Shown piece after piece: positions 24,701 through 36,900 of a stretch of 64,000 nt of DNA. The notes beneath the pieces were generated by a model that worked only from the letters and a program-made list of their open reading frames with translations, was not told the origin of the DNA and ran no database searches. The stretch covers positions 11,966,001-12,030,000 of the forward strand of contig OZ210885.1 of assembly GCA_964658305.1 (NCBI GenBank), read 5' to 3'. This stretch comes from Leptogorgia sarmentosa. Its lineage: Eukaryota. The position numbers were made by a program, and so were the translations under genes. Numbering within the stretch: the first letter of the stretch is position 1; every line of letters begins with the position of its first letter.

Positions 24701-27700
24701 GGACCGCTCGGCAACCAATCAGAAAGCTCTATTTAGGTTACGGACCGGGAGTTACGGACCGGAAAAAAATAATTAACAGTTATTCTGCGAACTCGAGTCG
24801 TATATGCGCTGATAGTCGACGAGGCGCGTAGCGCCGAGTCGACTATCAGTCATAGACGACGAGAGTGAGCAGAATAACTGTTTTATTATGTACACAAGCG
24901 CTGGACAAAAACAACTTCCAAATTTATTTGTATTTTATTAATAACTGAATATAATTTCAAAGTGTTATATCGCTTTGAAATCGACATATTTACAAATTAA
25001 AACAGTTTTACTTGATAAATACACGCCAAAAAGCACGGTAAAAACAACAGTTACGGAATTAAAATAGTCAACGTTACGTTTAAACTATAGCTAGTTTTAA
25101 ATTTCAGCAGTTTTCATCTGTATTTTTCTGCATTTGAAAGTACAACACAAATTTTACGGTTGTAAAATGTCAACAAACAGCAACAAGCGATCCAACTCAA
25201 TCAAGCGATGAATTTTACAGCGTCGAGTCCGGTTTTCCAGATTCAAAACTGCACAATAAACATTTACTCACTAAACTTCTTCAATTTTATTCTTTTAATC
25301 GATCGCAAAGACGTTTTTAACTGTTGAAAACTTCAATTCCGGCTTCGCTCTTTCCGCCATTTTGTTTGTTTTTCTCTACTAGCAGGATATGAGCTAATAT
25401 CCTGCTAGTAGGGAACCAATCAGATTGCAGAATAGCTCATATCCAGCGCTTGTGTATATAATAAAAGCTGATATTTTGACTGTTTTCAAAAAAATACAGA
25501 AATATGAATTTCCGATCGTGTTGCCATGACAACAACCTCAGGGAGCCTTTGAAGTACTTCATGTTCCAAAAATATAGTTGCATTAATTGGTTAGTAAGGC
25601 GATCGCGAGGGGTTGCTGCATATATAACAAGGGGGAATTTCGTTCTCGACCAATCAGCGCATTTGTTGATATTTTTGCGCTAAGCCAATCAGAACGCGTA
25701 AATCGCTATTTTGTGAACAAAGATGGGTACAGATATATACTTTACTCTTCGGCTTTGTTGCCATTGGAATCTTGATATTTTAATCTGAAATTAAAATATG
25801 TTGTTTAGGAAAGATTTTCCTACAATATTACCGTAGCGATTTGTAAATAATGGCGATTTTGGGGAGATATGCACGTCCAAACTTTGCCTCGATCGCGCAA
25901 GCATAAGTAATGCCCTTCGAATCCACCAACCTTTTGACATCTTAACTTATTAACTCGTTAATTTCCCGTGTCTAAACATGGATCAATTCACCATCACAGT
26001 GTCATGAGTCATGATATGCACTACATGACTAACGGATGCTTTTGCGAACGTTTCAATCGCTTTTATTTTGCGAAGGAAAGCGAACGATATTCTGAAACTC
26101 ACCGAACTTCAAGACATCGAACTCAAACCTATGCCTTGGTTTTCACCCTCGATATCAAATTGAAGACATGAGGAATTCTTAGCAAATCTTGCACACGCTT
26201 ATGCCTGGAAGGTTGCACTGGAGATGAAACGAATTCCCACAGCCAAGAAAGACGCGCGATAATGTGCTTGTGTGAGTGCAATGGACGGTATCACACACTC
26301 TGGTTTAAATCACAGAGTAAGAATAAGGTAAGAATTGATGTATATATTTTTATTGTACTATTTTAGAGACAAGGAAAGAACAGTGCAGCTGTCATTCAGT
26401 TATAGAAAGTATATATTAGTAAAATTTATTGGACAAACTGAAATTCCCTATCTAGTTTTAAATTTAATGTTTTAATTTTGCAAGCAATAACATATTAATA
26501 CATTGCACTGATATTATATGACCAATTACATGTAACTTACTTTTGTGGATTTAGTGACATTTCCTCTGAGGAAAATCCAAGTGGGAGCACTCTGTTGGTT
26601 ACAACTTGTTCACCAAATAAATTGAGTAAGACCCATCTGCTTATGTCCTTCCTCTGCCTGCGCTGCATCCCGTGGTTGTTGGGTGGCTTGTCCTGAGTGG
26701 GAGTGGATTAGCTCAAACTTTTTAACCAAATATCTGCTGCTTTGATTTTTAGACAATCAATCTGCTTTCTGCTGAAGTTAAATTTTCTGGGTGGGACAAA
26801 TGATGACTGAAACTCCTGCATTTCTTTCTTGCATGCATCAATCTCTCTGGGATCAATTGACTTTAACGCCACCCCACATCCATGGGTGGCATATATTCAC
26901 AAAATAAACCAGTCCCAAACCATATATCTGACCCTAACCACCAGTCCCAAACCATAACCATGTGGGGTGGCATTAAAGTCAATTGATCCCAGAGAGATTG
27001 ATGCATGCAAGAAAGAAATGCAGGAGTTTTAGTCATCATTTGTCCCACCCAGAAAATTTAACTTCAGCAGGAAGCAGATTGATTGTCTAAAAATCAAAGC
27101 AGCAGATATTTAGTTAAAAAGTTTGAGCTAATCCACTCCTACTCAGGACAAGCCACCCAACAACCACGGGATGCAGTGCAGGCAGAGGAAGGACATAAGC
27201 AGATGGGTCTTACCCAATTTATTTGGTGAACAAGTTGTAACCAACAGAGTGCTCCCACTTGGATTTTCCTCAGAGGAAATGTCACTAAATCTACAAAAGT
27301 AAGTTACATGTAATTGGTCATATAATTGCAGTGCAATATATTAATGTGTTATTGCCTGCAAAATTAAAACATCAAATTTAAAACTAGATAGGGAATTTCA
27401 GTTTGTCCAATAAATTTTACTAATATATACTTCCTATAACTGAATGACAGCTGCACTGTTCTTTCCTTGTCTCTAATTAAATAGTACAATAAAAATATAT
27501 ACATCAATTCTTATCTTATTCTTATTCTGTGATTTAAACCAGAGTGTGTGATACCGTCCATTGCACTCACACAAGCACATTATCGCGCGTCTTTCTTGGC
27601 TGTGGGAATTCGTTTCATCTCCAGTGCAACCTTTCAGACATAAGCGTGTGCAAGATTTGCTAAGAATTCCTCATGTCTTCAATTTGATATAGAGGGTGAA

Positions 27701-29154
27701 AACCAAGGCATAGGTTTGAGATTCGATGTCTTGAACGGTTCGGTGAGTTTCAGAATATCGTTCGCTTTCCTTCGCAAAATAAAAGCGATTGAAACGTTCG
27801 CAAAAGCATCCGTTAGTCATGTAGTGCATATCATGACTCATGACACTGTGATGGTGAATTGATCCATGTTTAGACACGGGAAATTAACGAGTTAATAAGT
27901 TAAGATGTCAAAAGGTTGGTGGATTCGAAGGGCATTACTTATGCTTGCGCGATCGAGGCAAAGTTTGGACGTGCATATCTCCCCAAAATCGCCATTATTT
28001 ACAAATCGCTACGGTAATATTGTAGGAAAATCTTTCCTAAACAACATATTTTAATTTCAGATTAAAATATCAAGATTCCAATGGCAACAAAGCCGAAGAG
28101 TAAAGTATATATCTGTAACCATCTTTGTTTACAAAATAGCGATTTACGCGTTCTGATTGGCTTAGCGCAAAAATGTCAACAAATGCGCTGATTGGTCGAG
28201 AACGAAATTCCCCCTTGTTTGCATATATGTATTTCATGTTTAACAGTTATTACTGCCACTGTCACCAAACAGTAGATTTCTGCTTAATATTTGAAATTAC
28301 ACCAGTGTTTATTACCAGTATTACAGCACTTTATCATACGCAGTTCCAAGTTGAAAAATCAGCTTTCAGAAGTGAATTGAAATGTGTAAACTGTGAAATT
28401 TATGTATGTATATGTTTGTTTGCGAACTTTGGGTACATACAAAAGAGAATAAGAGGATAAAGCTGAAATTTAAGTTTTTCAAAAACCCTGATGATAGGAT
28501 CAAAATTAATGGTTTCGGCACGAAATTCAAATCCATGTCATTGGCCCAAAATAATGCAATAGTTGATACAGTACCTGTTTTATTCCAGAAATCTAGTTCA
28601 TCACAAATTATTTTTTCGTCAGCTGTTGGTAAATTTAACATTTTGACCAAAGATTCCATTGCTTGAAACGAGTCATTGAACATACGTACTGTCCATTCAG
28701 AGATGTTACAATGAGCCCATGGGTTTCTGATGTCCGACCGAACTTTGTTTGCTTTAGCTGCAGCACCAGAAGATACGAAAGGAGCTGCCTTGCCGACTAT
28801 AGTCAAAAGTGCTGACATATGCATGGTCTCGTCAAATCCAGTGCAATGTGCCATAAATTCCTTGAGGAATAGTTTCGCCAGCGACAGAGGATCTTTAACA
28901 GCATAATCATAGGCGGAAGCTAGCTTATGGATACGGTTGTTGTTGATGTTCCTGTACTCCAGCTTCTGTTCAGAAGGGGGTAATTTCTTCTTGTGCTTTG
29001 CAAAATCTTGCTTGTGAATTTCATCAGGTGGTTGGCATAAAGAATGATACCATTTCCCAAGTTCAGTGGCGACAACGTTCCTCAATGCAGGTGCAAGAAC
29101 TTTGGTAAAGGCAATGCCAACTAAAACCCAATGTTGTTCTTCCTCTGAAATCAT
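21742..29154 (-). CDS. CXorf38/DUF4559-like HEPN-domain protein with C-terminal coiled coil, about 292 aa; exons 29154-28575, 23554-23457, 22322-22166, 21785-21742
   Basis: HWVLVGIAF..LAPALRNVV; DPLSLAKLFL; MSALLTIV; KVRSDIRNPWAH (Rx4H); four exons join in frame with GT-AG and matching phases 1/0/1 (879 nt); AATAAA at 21644-21639; exons 2-4 are less certain than exon 1. Confidence 0.75.
24048..24770. mobile_element. Element with terminal palindrome (24048-24195) and CCAAT-containing distal end
   Basis: TTATTTACCAGCTGGGAGGTCCGTACTGGAAAATATTTTGTC..CGAGGCCGAAGGCCGAG..GACAAAATATTTTCCAGTTCGGACC..GGTAAATAA; CCAATCAG and TTACGGACCGG x2 at 24714-24763. Confidence 0.75.
24773..25465. mobile_element. 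Second element with terminal palindrome (24773-24885) and CCAAT distal end
   Basis: AACAGTTATTCTGC..GTCGACGAGGCGCGTAGCGCCGAGTCGAC..GCAGAATAACTGTT; TACACAAGCGCTGGA / TCCAGCGCTTGTGTA inverted pair; CCAATCAG at about 25416. Confidence 0.75.
25626..28219. mobile_element. Foldback element: about 1.25-kb inverted arms, 80-bp spacer, 9-bp TSD (MULE/Foldback-like)
   Basis: Arms 25626-26879 and 26960-28219 are near-identical reverse complements; termini AACAAGGGGG / CCCCCTTGTT; TGCATATAT at 25617-25625 and 28220-28228. Confidence 0.93.
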
Positions 29155-29859
29155 TATCGTTCTATGAAATTAACATGAAATAAAGGTGTTACAAGTTTAG
29201 CTACCAAAGCACAAAGCGTTTGTAAACAGTACAAATATAATTATTTTCTGACATTTTAATGTTTTACAAATATCTGAAAGTAGAAGATTTGTTGAAAATA
29301 CTTGTATGGAATCATTTGGTAACAAACTTCAACATGTGGCCAGTATAGGTACCGCTACCGAATGACAACATCAACAGCTGCGTTCTACTCACTACTTTAG
29401 CAAATGCAATAAGAATCAATGGTTCAGGCAAATTCCCGTAGCAAAAAAATAGTGCGTGTTATAAAATCCCTGAGGACTGTTGCAAAAACATCGAATCCTA
29501 GTGCATCATTTAGGTAATTAGTAGAACTTTTGCTGTTTGTTGACATAATCTTGTAACCACTGCCTTGGACAATTATATGTAATTATTCAGTAATTTGCAG
29601 GTAAGACGTGGGGTGAGAGGGAAGTCTAGCTAAGGCAGGTCATCAGATTTACAAGATAGTAGTCTGTGCGGGCTGATATTTAATGCAGACTGCCTTTGTC
29701 TGCCGGATGGGAAAACAGGATTACAAGCACCAGGTTTTATGAAATAATAACCAAATAAGAGTAGGGATAATATTGCGATTTGAGCAGAACAAATGCCGAG
29801 AATTCAAATTCCATTTTCACAGCAAACTGTCGATTTGGACGCATTGTTTAGACCCACAC

Positions 29860-30535
29860 TTTAGCTCCCGCTCCCCCCCCCCGCCCTATGACCCCCCCCC
29901 CCCGCCCTATGACCCCCCCCCGCCCTATGAATAACCATAACCGGTAAAGCTGACGGGTAGCGCCAGCAACTCCCCGGTGGAGGGGATATGTTCCCCGACG
30001 AGTGGGCTAGTAAATAAAATTGAGAGTAAATGATCAGGCCTGGCTGAACGACATTTGATGTGGTGGGGGGAAAGGTTGGTGCGCTCAGAAGGATAAAATA
30101 ACACAACAGAAAGTTTTGAGAAGTTGAGGTCTCTAGATCGTCAGAAATGCCATCCTCGACGTCTCATATAACTAGCCCCCTCTCTCGCCGGGTCAAAGGA
30201 TGCGTTAATAGGGCGTTAGAAAATGGTTATATTTCAGTGGGAACCGCAGCTCACGAGACGTCATACACCGCCACTGGGGTTGGCGCCGAGCATGCGCGAG
30301 AAAATTTTAGAAATTTGGAATCTCTTGATGGTCGGAAATGGCATCTCCGCTGTCTTCGATATATCTCTTTCCGGGAGAATGAATATGGCAACAACATTAT
30401 GCTTTTCACAATTACTTTTATTATTTCTCAGCTTTCCCCGACGAACTGTCTAAATTTCCGAACAGGGAGGCTGAGGCTTCCCGACAGGGGACTGTAGCCC
30501 CTTGCCAGCCCCTCCACCCTTGGCGCCACCACTGG
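29860..30535. mobile_element. GC-rich non-autonomous DNA element fragments (hAT-like MITE family), including C-rich 3x repeat CCCCCCCCCGCCCTATGA
   Basis: Shares motifs (TGGCGCCGAGC..GAGAAA.TTTT, CGGAAA.GG) with the reverse complement of 53720-53795; terminus GGCGCCACCACTG. Confidence 0.5.
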
Positions 30536-30949
30536 TAAAGCTACAAGACAGTATCCAACATAAATATTTCACTCAACCATGGATAGTTGTAAACTGACAA
30601 CGATTAAATATATTTCTTTCGCTATTTGTGTCATTCAAACCATGTCATTTTTAATGTAATAATCGCTTAAAAGTCACTTAGATCATAGACAATCGTCTAT
30701 GCTCAGACTTAAGTAAAACATTGTTCTTTTTACATATCATGTCCATCCTGAAATATGCATATACATAGCCTACTGATATAGGGCATAATGAATTTAATAA
30801 CGTCGCACCTTCGCAACTGCAGTGTACACATTTTATAACGTTACTCTGCAAAACTAAAAATTTACTCTGGAAATTATTTCGAAACATTTTCGTACAGTCA
30901 ATGATTTTGAAAGAAAAAGCGATTCTGTATTAATTTTCTGTCACATAAC

Positions 30950-33900
30950 TCAACGCAGTCATATCTCGCGAACGTTCGAGCAATTCTGTTTGCGGGTTTC
31001 ACTTGAATGGTGCTGGGTCGAAGAACAATATAACTCAGCAAGACACTCATATGTGACATTTTACGTGGGAACAGAGACCTGCAATGATTAGATTAGGGTC
31101 AGCAATAAAGGTTATAAATATAACTGATAGCACAATTTACATGGTTTTTTTCGGCGCTCATTTCAGGCTAAAGTTTATGCCAATTAGGGTAAATCTTTTA
31201 AAATACAATATGAAACTGCACTACGGTTGTTGTGAAACATTCAAGATCGTTAAGGTCACAAAGACATTGTCAACATGCGTTTGCATGTAGAATATTTATA
31301 TATGTTTCAACTCTGATTCCAATGAAGCAATGAATTACTTGCTTTCTATGGGGTGACAGTTGATCAGTACTAAAACAATACACAGATTCGAATTTTCGAA
31401 CAAAGGCTCTTAGTCGAACTTTTGCTAAAATACAATCCTTGGTGAGTGGATTTTCCGGTGCTGTTGATGCTATTATTCGTCAGACTATACCTAAATTAAA
31501 CGATGAATTCCGACAAAAGGCGTTCGCTCCGAATATTGAAACTTTATTGCATCGTTTAGGTAGTGAGCAAAACCCTTTCTGGTGTTTGCTGTTGTGATCC
31601 GCTACCTGCACTGGCGCGCCGCATATTGAATATTTCCTTACACTCTACTCGGTAAAATAATTCAGTGACAATAAATTTGATGAATTCTACTCACCACAAG
31701 ACATTCTGTGTATAAACTACATGAAGCTGAAGCAAGTCTGCAATTGCTGTTTAAGCTTCGGGAATATTGTTGCAAAGTGCAAAGTAATGCATGTTGGGTT
31801 TCATGCAACAAAACAGTACATTGAAATGATTTCTGTCACAATAATAAGACGTCTGAACGACCAATACAAGCTTACCCTATGACGTAAAATACCAAAATGT
31901 TTTTCGCCTGACATGAGTTCGTAGCTTTACACCAGGGCACAATGCAACTCAACTTATTTTTAATCCGTCATCAATTTAAAATCATTCGGTTTTATTTTCC
32001 CTCTTCTTAGGAAATATAATTATCATATGAATGAAAAATTAAAGACAGTTCGTATATTAAATTTCGCAAAGATTTTGGCAGTTAAATACCCATCACAGTG
32101 AAGTACATGTTACCGTGATTTTCAGGCATAGGTCATGTGGGAAAGAGTTTGGTAGATATACGCGTGACAATTTTAAAACTAAAGCACATATATCTTACAT
32201 TCCTTTAAACAACCCCATAGTTCGTTTACTTGCATGCTGTCAGTCAATCTTCAATGTGATCTCAGTCTTTATTAGTACTCAATGAATTTGCAATGATGTT
32301 AAAAGGGCAAACGCTTCTGTATTCAACTTGTACGATAAATGTCGTCACATATCGAGAATGTTCCAGCAATTGTGTTTGCGGGTTTCACTTGAATAATGCT
32401 GGGTCGAAGAACAATATAACAGGAAGACACTCATCTCACAGATTGCGTGGGAGCGAAGAGCGGCAATGATTAGTTCAGGTTGAAAAGAATTAGATTTAGA
32501 GATTATTCAATTGTATATTCGCTGAATTTAATATTTAGCTCTTATTCAAAAGCGATGTCTGAACGACCAATAGAAACTTGCCGTATGAAGTAAAATACCA
32601 AAATATGGTTCGTTTTTGATGAGTTCGTAGCTTTACAGAAACGCACAATACGACACAACTTGTGTTTTCACTAAGTGAAATTGTTTTTAATCCGTCATGA
32701 ATTTAAAATCATCGGGTGGCATTGTCCCTGTTCTTGGGAAATATAATTATCATATGAATGTAAAATTAAAGCCAGACGTTCGCATATGAAATTTCGCAAA
32801 GATTTTGACAGTTCAATACCACGGATCACAGTGAAGTAGATGTTACCGTGATTTTCAAGCATAAGTCGTGTGTTACAGAGGGAAAGAGTTTTGTAGATAT
32901 ACACGTGAGAATATTAAAACGAAAGCACATATCCTACATTCCTTTGAAGAACCCCACAGTTTGTTTTTTGAAGTATTTTTAATATCTCCACTGCACGACA
33001 AATTGCTTTGGGTTCATTTCAATGTATTGAATTTTGTCATCCTGTGGTATTGAGATTCTGCCAAGGTCATTTACACGATAAGATTTGTATTGTAACGTAC
33101 GGAATACATGCAGTAAACATGCGTGAATACAATGAAATGCCGTCGTAACGTAATCAACAGATAATGAGAGATCACTACTCATTTCCATAAGTCAGAACAC
33201 GAATGGTATAAGATATTCGCATCTTGTGGATCGACCTTTATATAGGTTTACTTCAGTGTACTATTTTTTATAGCATGATATTGAGATTGCATGTAGTCTT
33301 GGGAGACTCGGTCCATATTGCACTATATTAGACAGACATTTTAGATAGGAAAATTCATTAGCACAACTGGGAAGAGCAGGACGTTTGGTTACAAAATATC
33401 AAAAAATGTGGAAAATTTAATACACTCTAAAAACTCTTTGGTGAAATTTAACCAGGAATATAATAGTCAATTATTTTTGTTATTGAATATAGAACTTATG
33501 AATCGACAATATATAACCATAGGATCTTCTGTCTCTGGTTTACGTTCAGCTTGGGGCCAACACAAAAATTCTGGATTAATATTTCTACTCTGAAATGGCC
33601 ATTTTTCGTGATCTGGAGACCCTAAATGTTCAAAACCTTCTTGTGGCGGCCGATTTGTCCCACCCTAACGTTCCTACATTAATTAAACCCGAGGTCCTCG
33701 AATTCAGACAAGAGAACCACATATTTGAAATGCTTTCTGCAGAGTTTGCTCAAGTAATAATAAAGTCACACCAGCCGCATCACGTTTTGAGGAACGTTCA
33801 TTCAGTAGCCTTCGCCGATTGAAAATGTTCCTCCGCAACACGCGAGTCAAACGCGGCTGAACAGCATCGCACTAATAAAGGCACGTTTACAATTGCAATT

Positions 33901-36900
33901 TGCAAGTTTTGCTGCGATTTCTAGTGAGGTATACACTGCTAGTATTAAAGTTTGCTTTCGTATGTATTTGAAGACTTCGTCGCAACCTAATTAGTCAACA
34001 ACAGCAAATTTGCTAACAGCGCTACAGACTGAGCGTTGCTAAGTTGCAGTTATATCGCTGAAAACCTGTAAGCAATAAAGGTCCACCTGTTGTTTGGTCC
34101 CTGGTTATTGCATGCTCAAGTCTGTATTGAATGAGCCCGAAGTGAGGATGGAGGCTGCTTTGTTTGGCAATGCTCAATTCAATTTAGGATTTTCAACAAA
34201 TCGTACCAAGTAGTGCTGTATGCATGACATGTCAGCGATTGAACACGCGCCAGTCATATGTATGTTCACCATGATATAACCACCCAAGAATCAGTACAGA
34301 TAGTAATGAAAAGCTATAAAGCATTTATTAAATAATGATTCAACACCTCAGCTTTTAAAAAAAGATCCAAATTTTGTTTAGTTTTATCAATATCTTGTCT
34401 GAATAAATTAAGTTTAATTTACAAACAATCGCTCTTGCATGACGAATATCTTAGATAAACTAAGTGGTGATTTGTGGAGTTTATGTGCAATACAAGGCTC
34501 ACGAGATCACAGATAATTAAAAGTAAGAGCGACATAGGACACCCTCACATAACCTGAAACGATTTTACACGAATGGTAGAAGCGTAAAGGCATGTTTGTT
34601 TGTCATTGTGTTGCAACGTCATCCGATGGATATTGTGCTTTGAATGGAAATTTGTAACTATTGCATTTTGTAACGTTATTGTGCTAACTGGAAATAGTCT
34701 CAAAACTTTTATTATTACTCACCAAATGTTGAATTCGCAATAATGTTAAAAGGGCAAACGCTTCTGTATTCAACTTGTCGTCACATATCGAGAACGTTCC
34801 AGCAATTGTGTTTGCGGGTTTCACTTGAATAATGCTGGGTCGAAGAACAATATAACAGGAAGACACTCATGTCACAAGTTGCCTGGGAGCAAAGAGCATC
34901 AATGATTACTTCAGGTTGAACAGAATTAGATTTAGAGATTATTCAATTGTATAATATTAGCTGGATTTAATATTTAGCTCTTATTCAAAAGCGATGTCTG
35001 AACGACCAATAGAAACTTGCCGTATGAAGTAAAATACCAAAATATGGTTCGTTTTTGATGAGTTCGTAGCTTTACAGAAACGCACAATACGACACAACTT
35101 GTGTTGTCACTAAGTGAAGTTGTTTTTAATCCGTCATGAATTTAAAATCATCGGGTGGCATTGTCCCTGTTCTTGGGAAATATAATTATCATATGAATGT
35201 AAAATTAAAGCCAGACGTTCGCATATGAAATTTCGCAAAGATTTTGACAGTTCAATACCATGGATCACAGTGAAGTAGATGTTACCGTGGTTTTCAAGCA
35301 TAAGTCGTGTGTTACAGAGGGAAAGAGTTTTGTAGATATACACGTGAGAATATTAAAACGAAAGCACATATCCTACATTCCTTTGAAGAATCCCACAGTT
35401 TGTTTTTTGAAATATTTTTAATATCTCCACTGCACGACAAGTTGCTTTGGGTTCATTTCAATGTATTGAATTTTGTCATCCCGTGGTATTGAGATTCTTC
35501 CAAGGCCATTTACACGATAAGATTTGTATTATAGCGTATGGAATGCATGCAGTAAACCTGCGTGAATACAATGAAATGCCGTCGTAACGTAATCAACAGG
35601 GAATGAGAGATCACTACTCATTTCCATAAGTCAGAACACGAATCGTATAAGATATTCACATCGTGTGGATAGGCCTTTATAGGTTTATTTCATTGTACTA
35701 TTTTTATAGCATGATATTGAGATTGCATGTGCTATCTGTCTTGGGACATTCGGTCCATATTGCACTATATTAGACAAAAAATATGCACGTAGTACACTGG
35801 AGGGCCGAGGGCATAATAAACAATCGCAAAAACGTCCGCTATAATACAATTTACATGCATGCTATCAGTCGATTTAATCTCAGTCTTGTATTGATTAATT
35901 AACAGTGAATGTTTTATGCTGGAAAGAATGTATCAACTGTTACAGACTGAAATGTTGGCAATCATATACTATAGTTTTCAAATGAAACTTGTAAACAAAC
36001 TTGCGTGAGGTATACACTGCTAGTATTGAAGTTTGCTTTCGTATGAATTTGAAGACTTCGTCGCAACCTAATTAGTCAAGAACAGTAAATTTGCTAACAG
36101 CGCTACAGACTGAGCGTTGCTAAGTTACAGTTATATCGCTGAAAACCTGAAAGCAATAAAGGTCCACCTGTTGTTTGGTTCCTGGTTATTGCATGCTCAA
36201 GTCTGTATTGAATAAGCCCGAAGTGAGGATGGAGGCTGCTTTGTTTGGCAATGCTCAATTCAATTTAGGATTTTCAACAAATCGTGACATGTTAGCGATT
36301 GAACACGCACCAGTCATATGTATGTTCACCATGATATAACCACCCAAGAATCAGTACAGATAGTAATGAAAAGCTTTAAAGCATTTAATAAATAATGATT
36401 CATGACCTCAGCTTTTATAAAAAGATCCAAATCTTGTCTAGTTTTATCAGTATCTTGTCTGAATAAATTAAGTTTAATTTACAAACAAGCGCTCTTGCAT
36501 GACAAATACCTTAGATAAACTAAGTGGTGATATGAGGAGTTTATGTGCAATACAAGGCTCACGAGATCACAGATAATTAAAAGTAAGAGCGACATAGAAC
36601 ACCCTCACATACAGTAACCTGAGACAATATTACACGAATGGTAGAAGCGTAAAGGCATGTTTGTTTGTTATTGTGTTGCAACGTCATCAGATGGATATTG
36701 TGCTTTGAAAGGAAATTTGTAATATGGCATTTTGTAACGTTATTGTTCAAACAGGAAAAAGTTTCAAAACTTTTATTAGTACTCACCGAATGTTGAATTC
36801 GCAATAATGTTAAAAGGGCAAACGCTTCTGTATTCAACTTGTCGTCACATATCGAGAACGTTCCAGCAATTGTGTTTGCGGGTTTCACTTGAATAATGCT

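Noticed and set aside
25968..27877. Duplicated 67-68 aa ORFs (MSKHGSIHHH..)
   Set aside because: Mirror products of the foldback arms, with GTG starts and a frameshift between copies
29861..30497. Short GC-rich ORFs (HRAGGGG repeats)
   Set aside because: Translation of a C-rich repeat within non-autonomous elements
31495..31620. Another hammerhead-like relic
   Set aside because: Core boxes are degenerate (TCCGACAAAAGG..CCGAATA); only the flanking stem AAACGATG/CATCGTTT is recognisable
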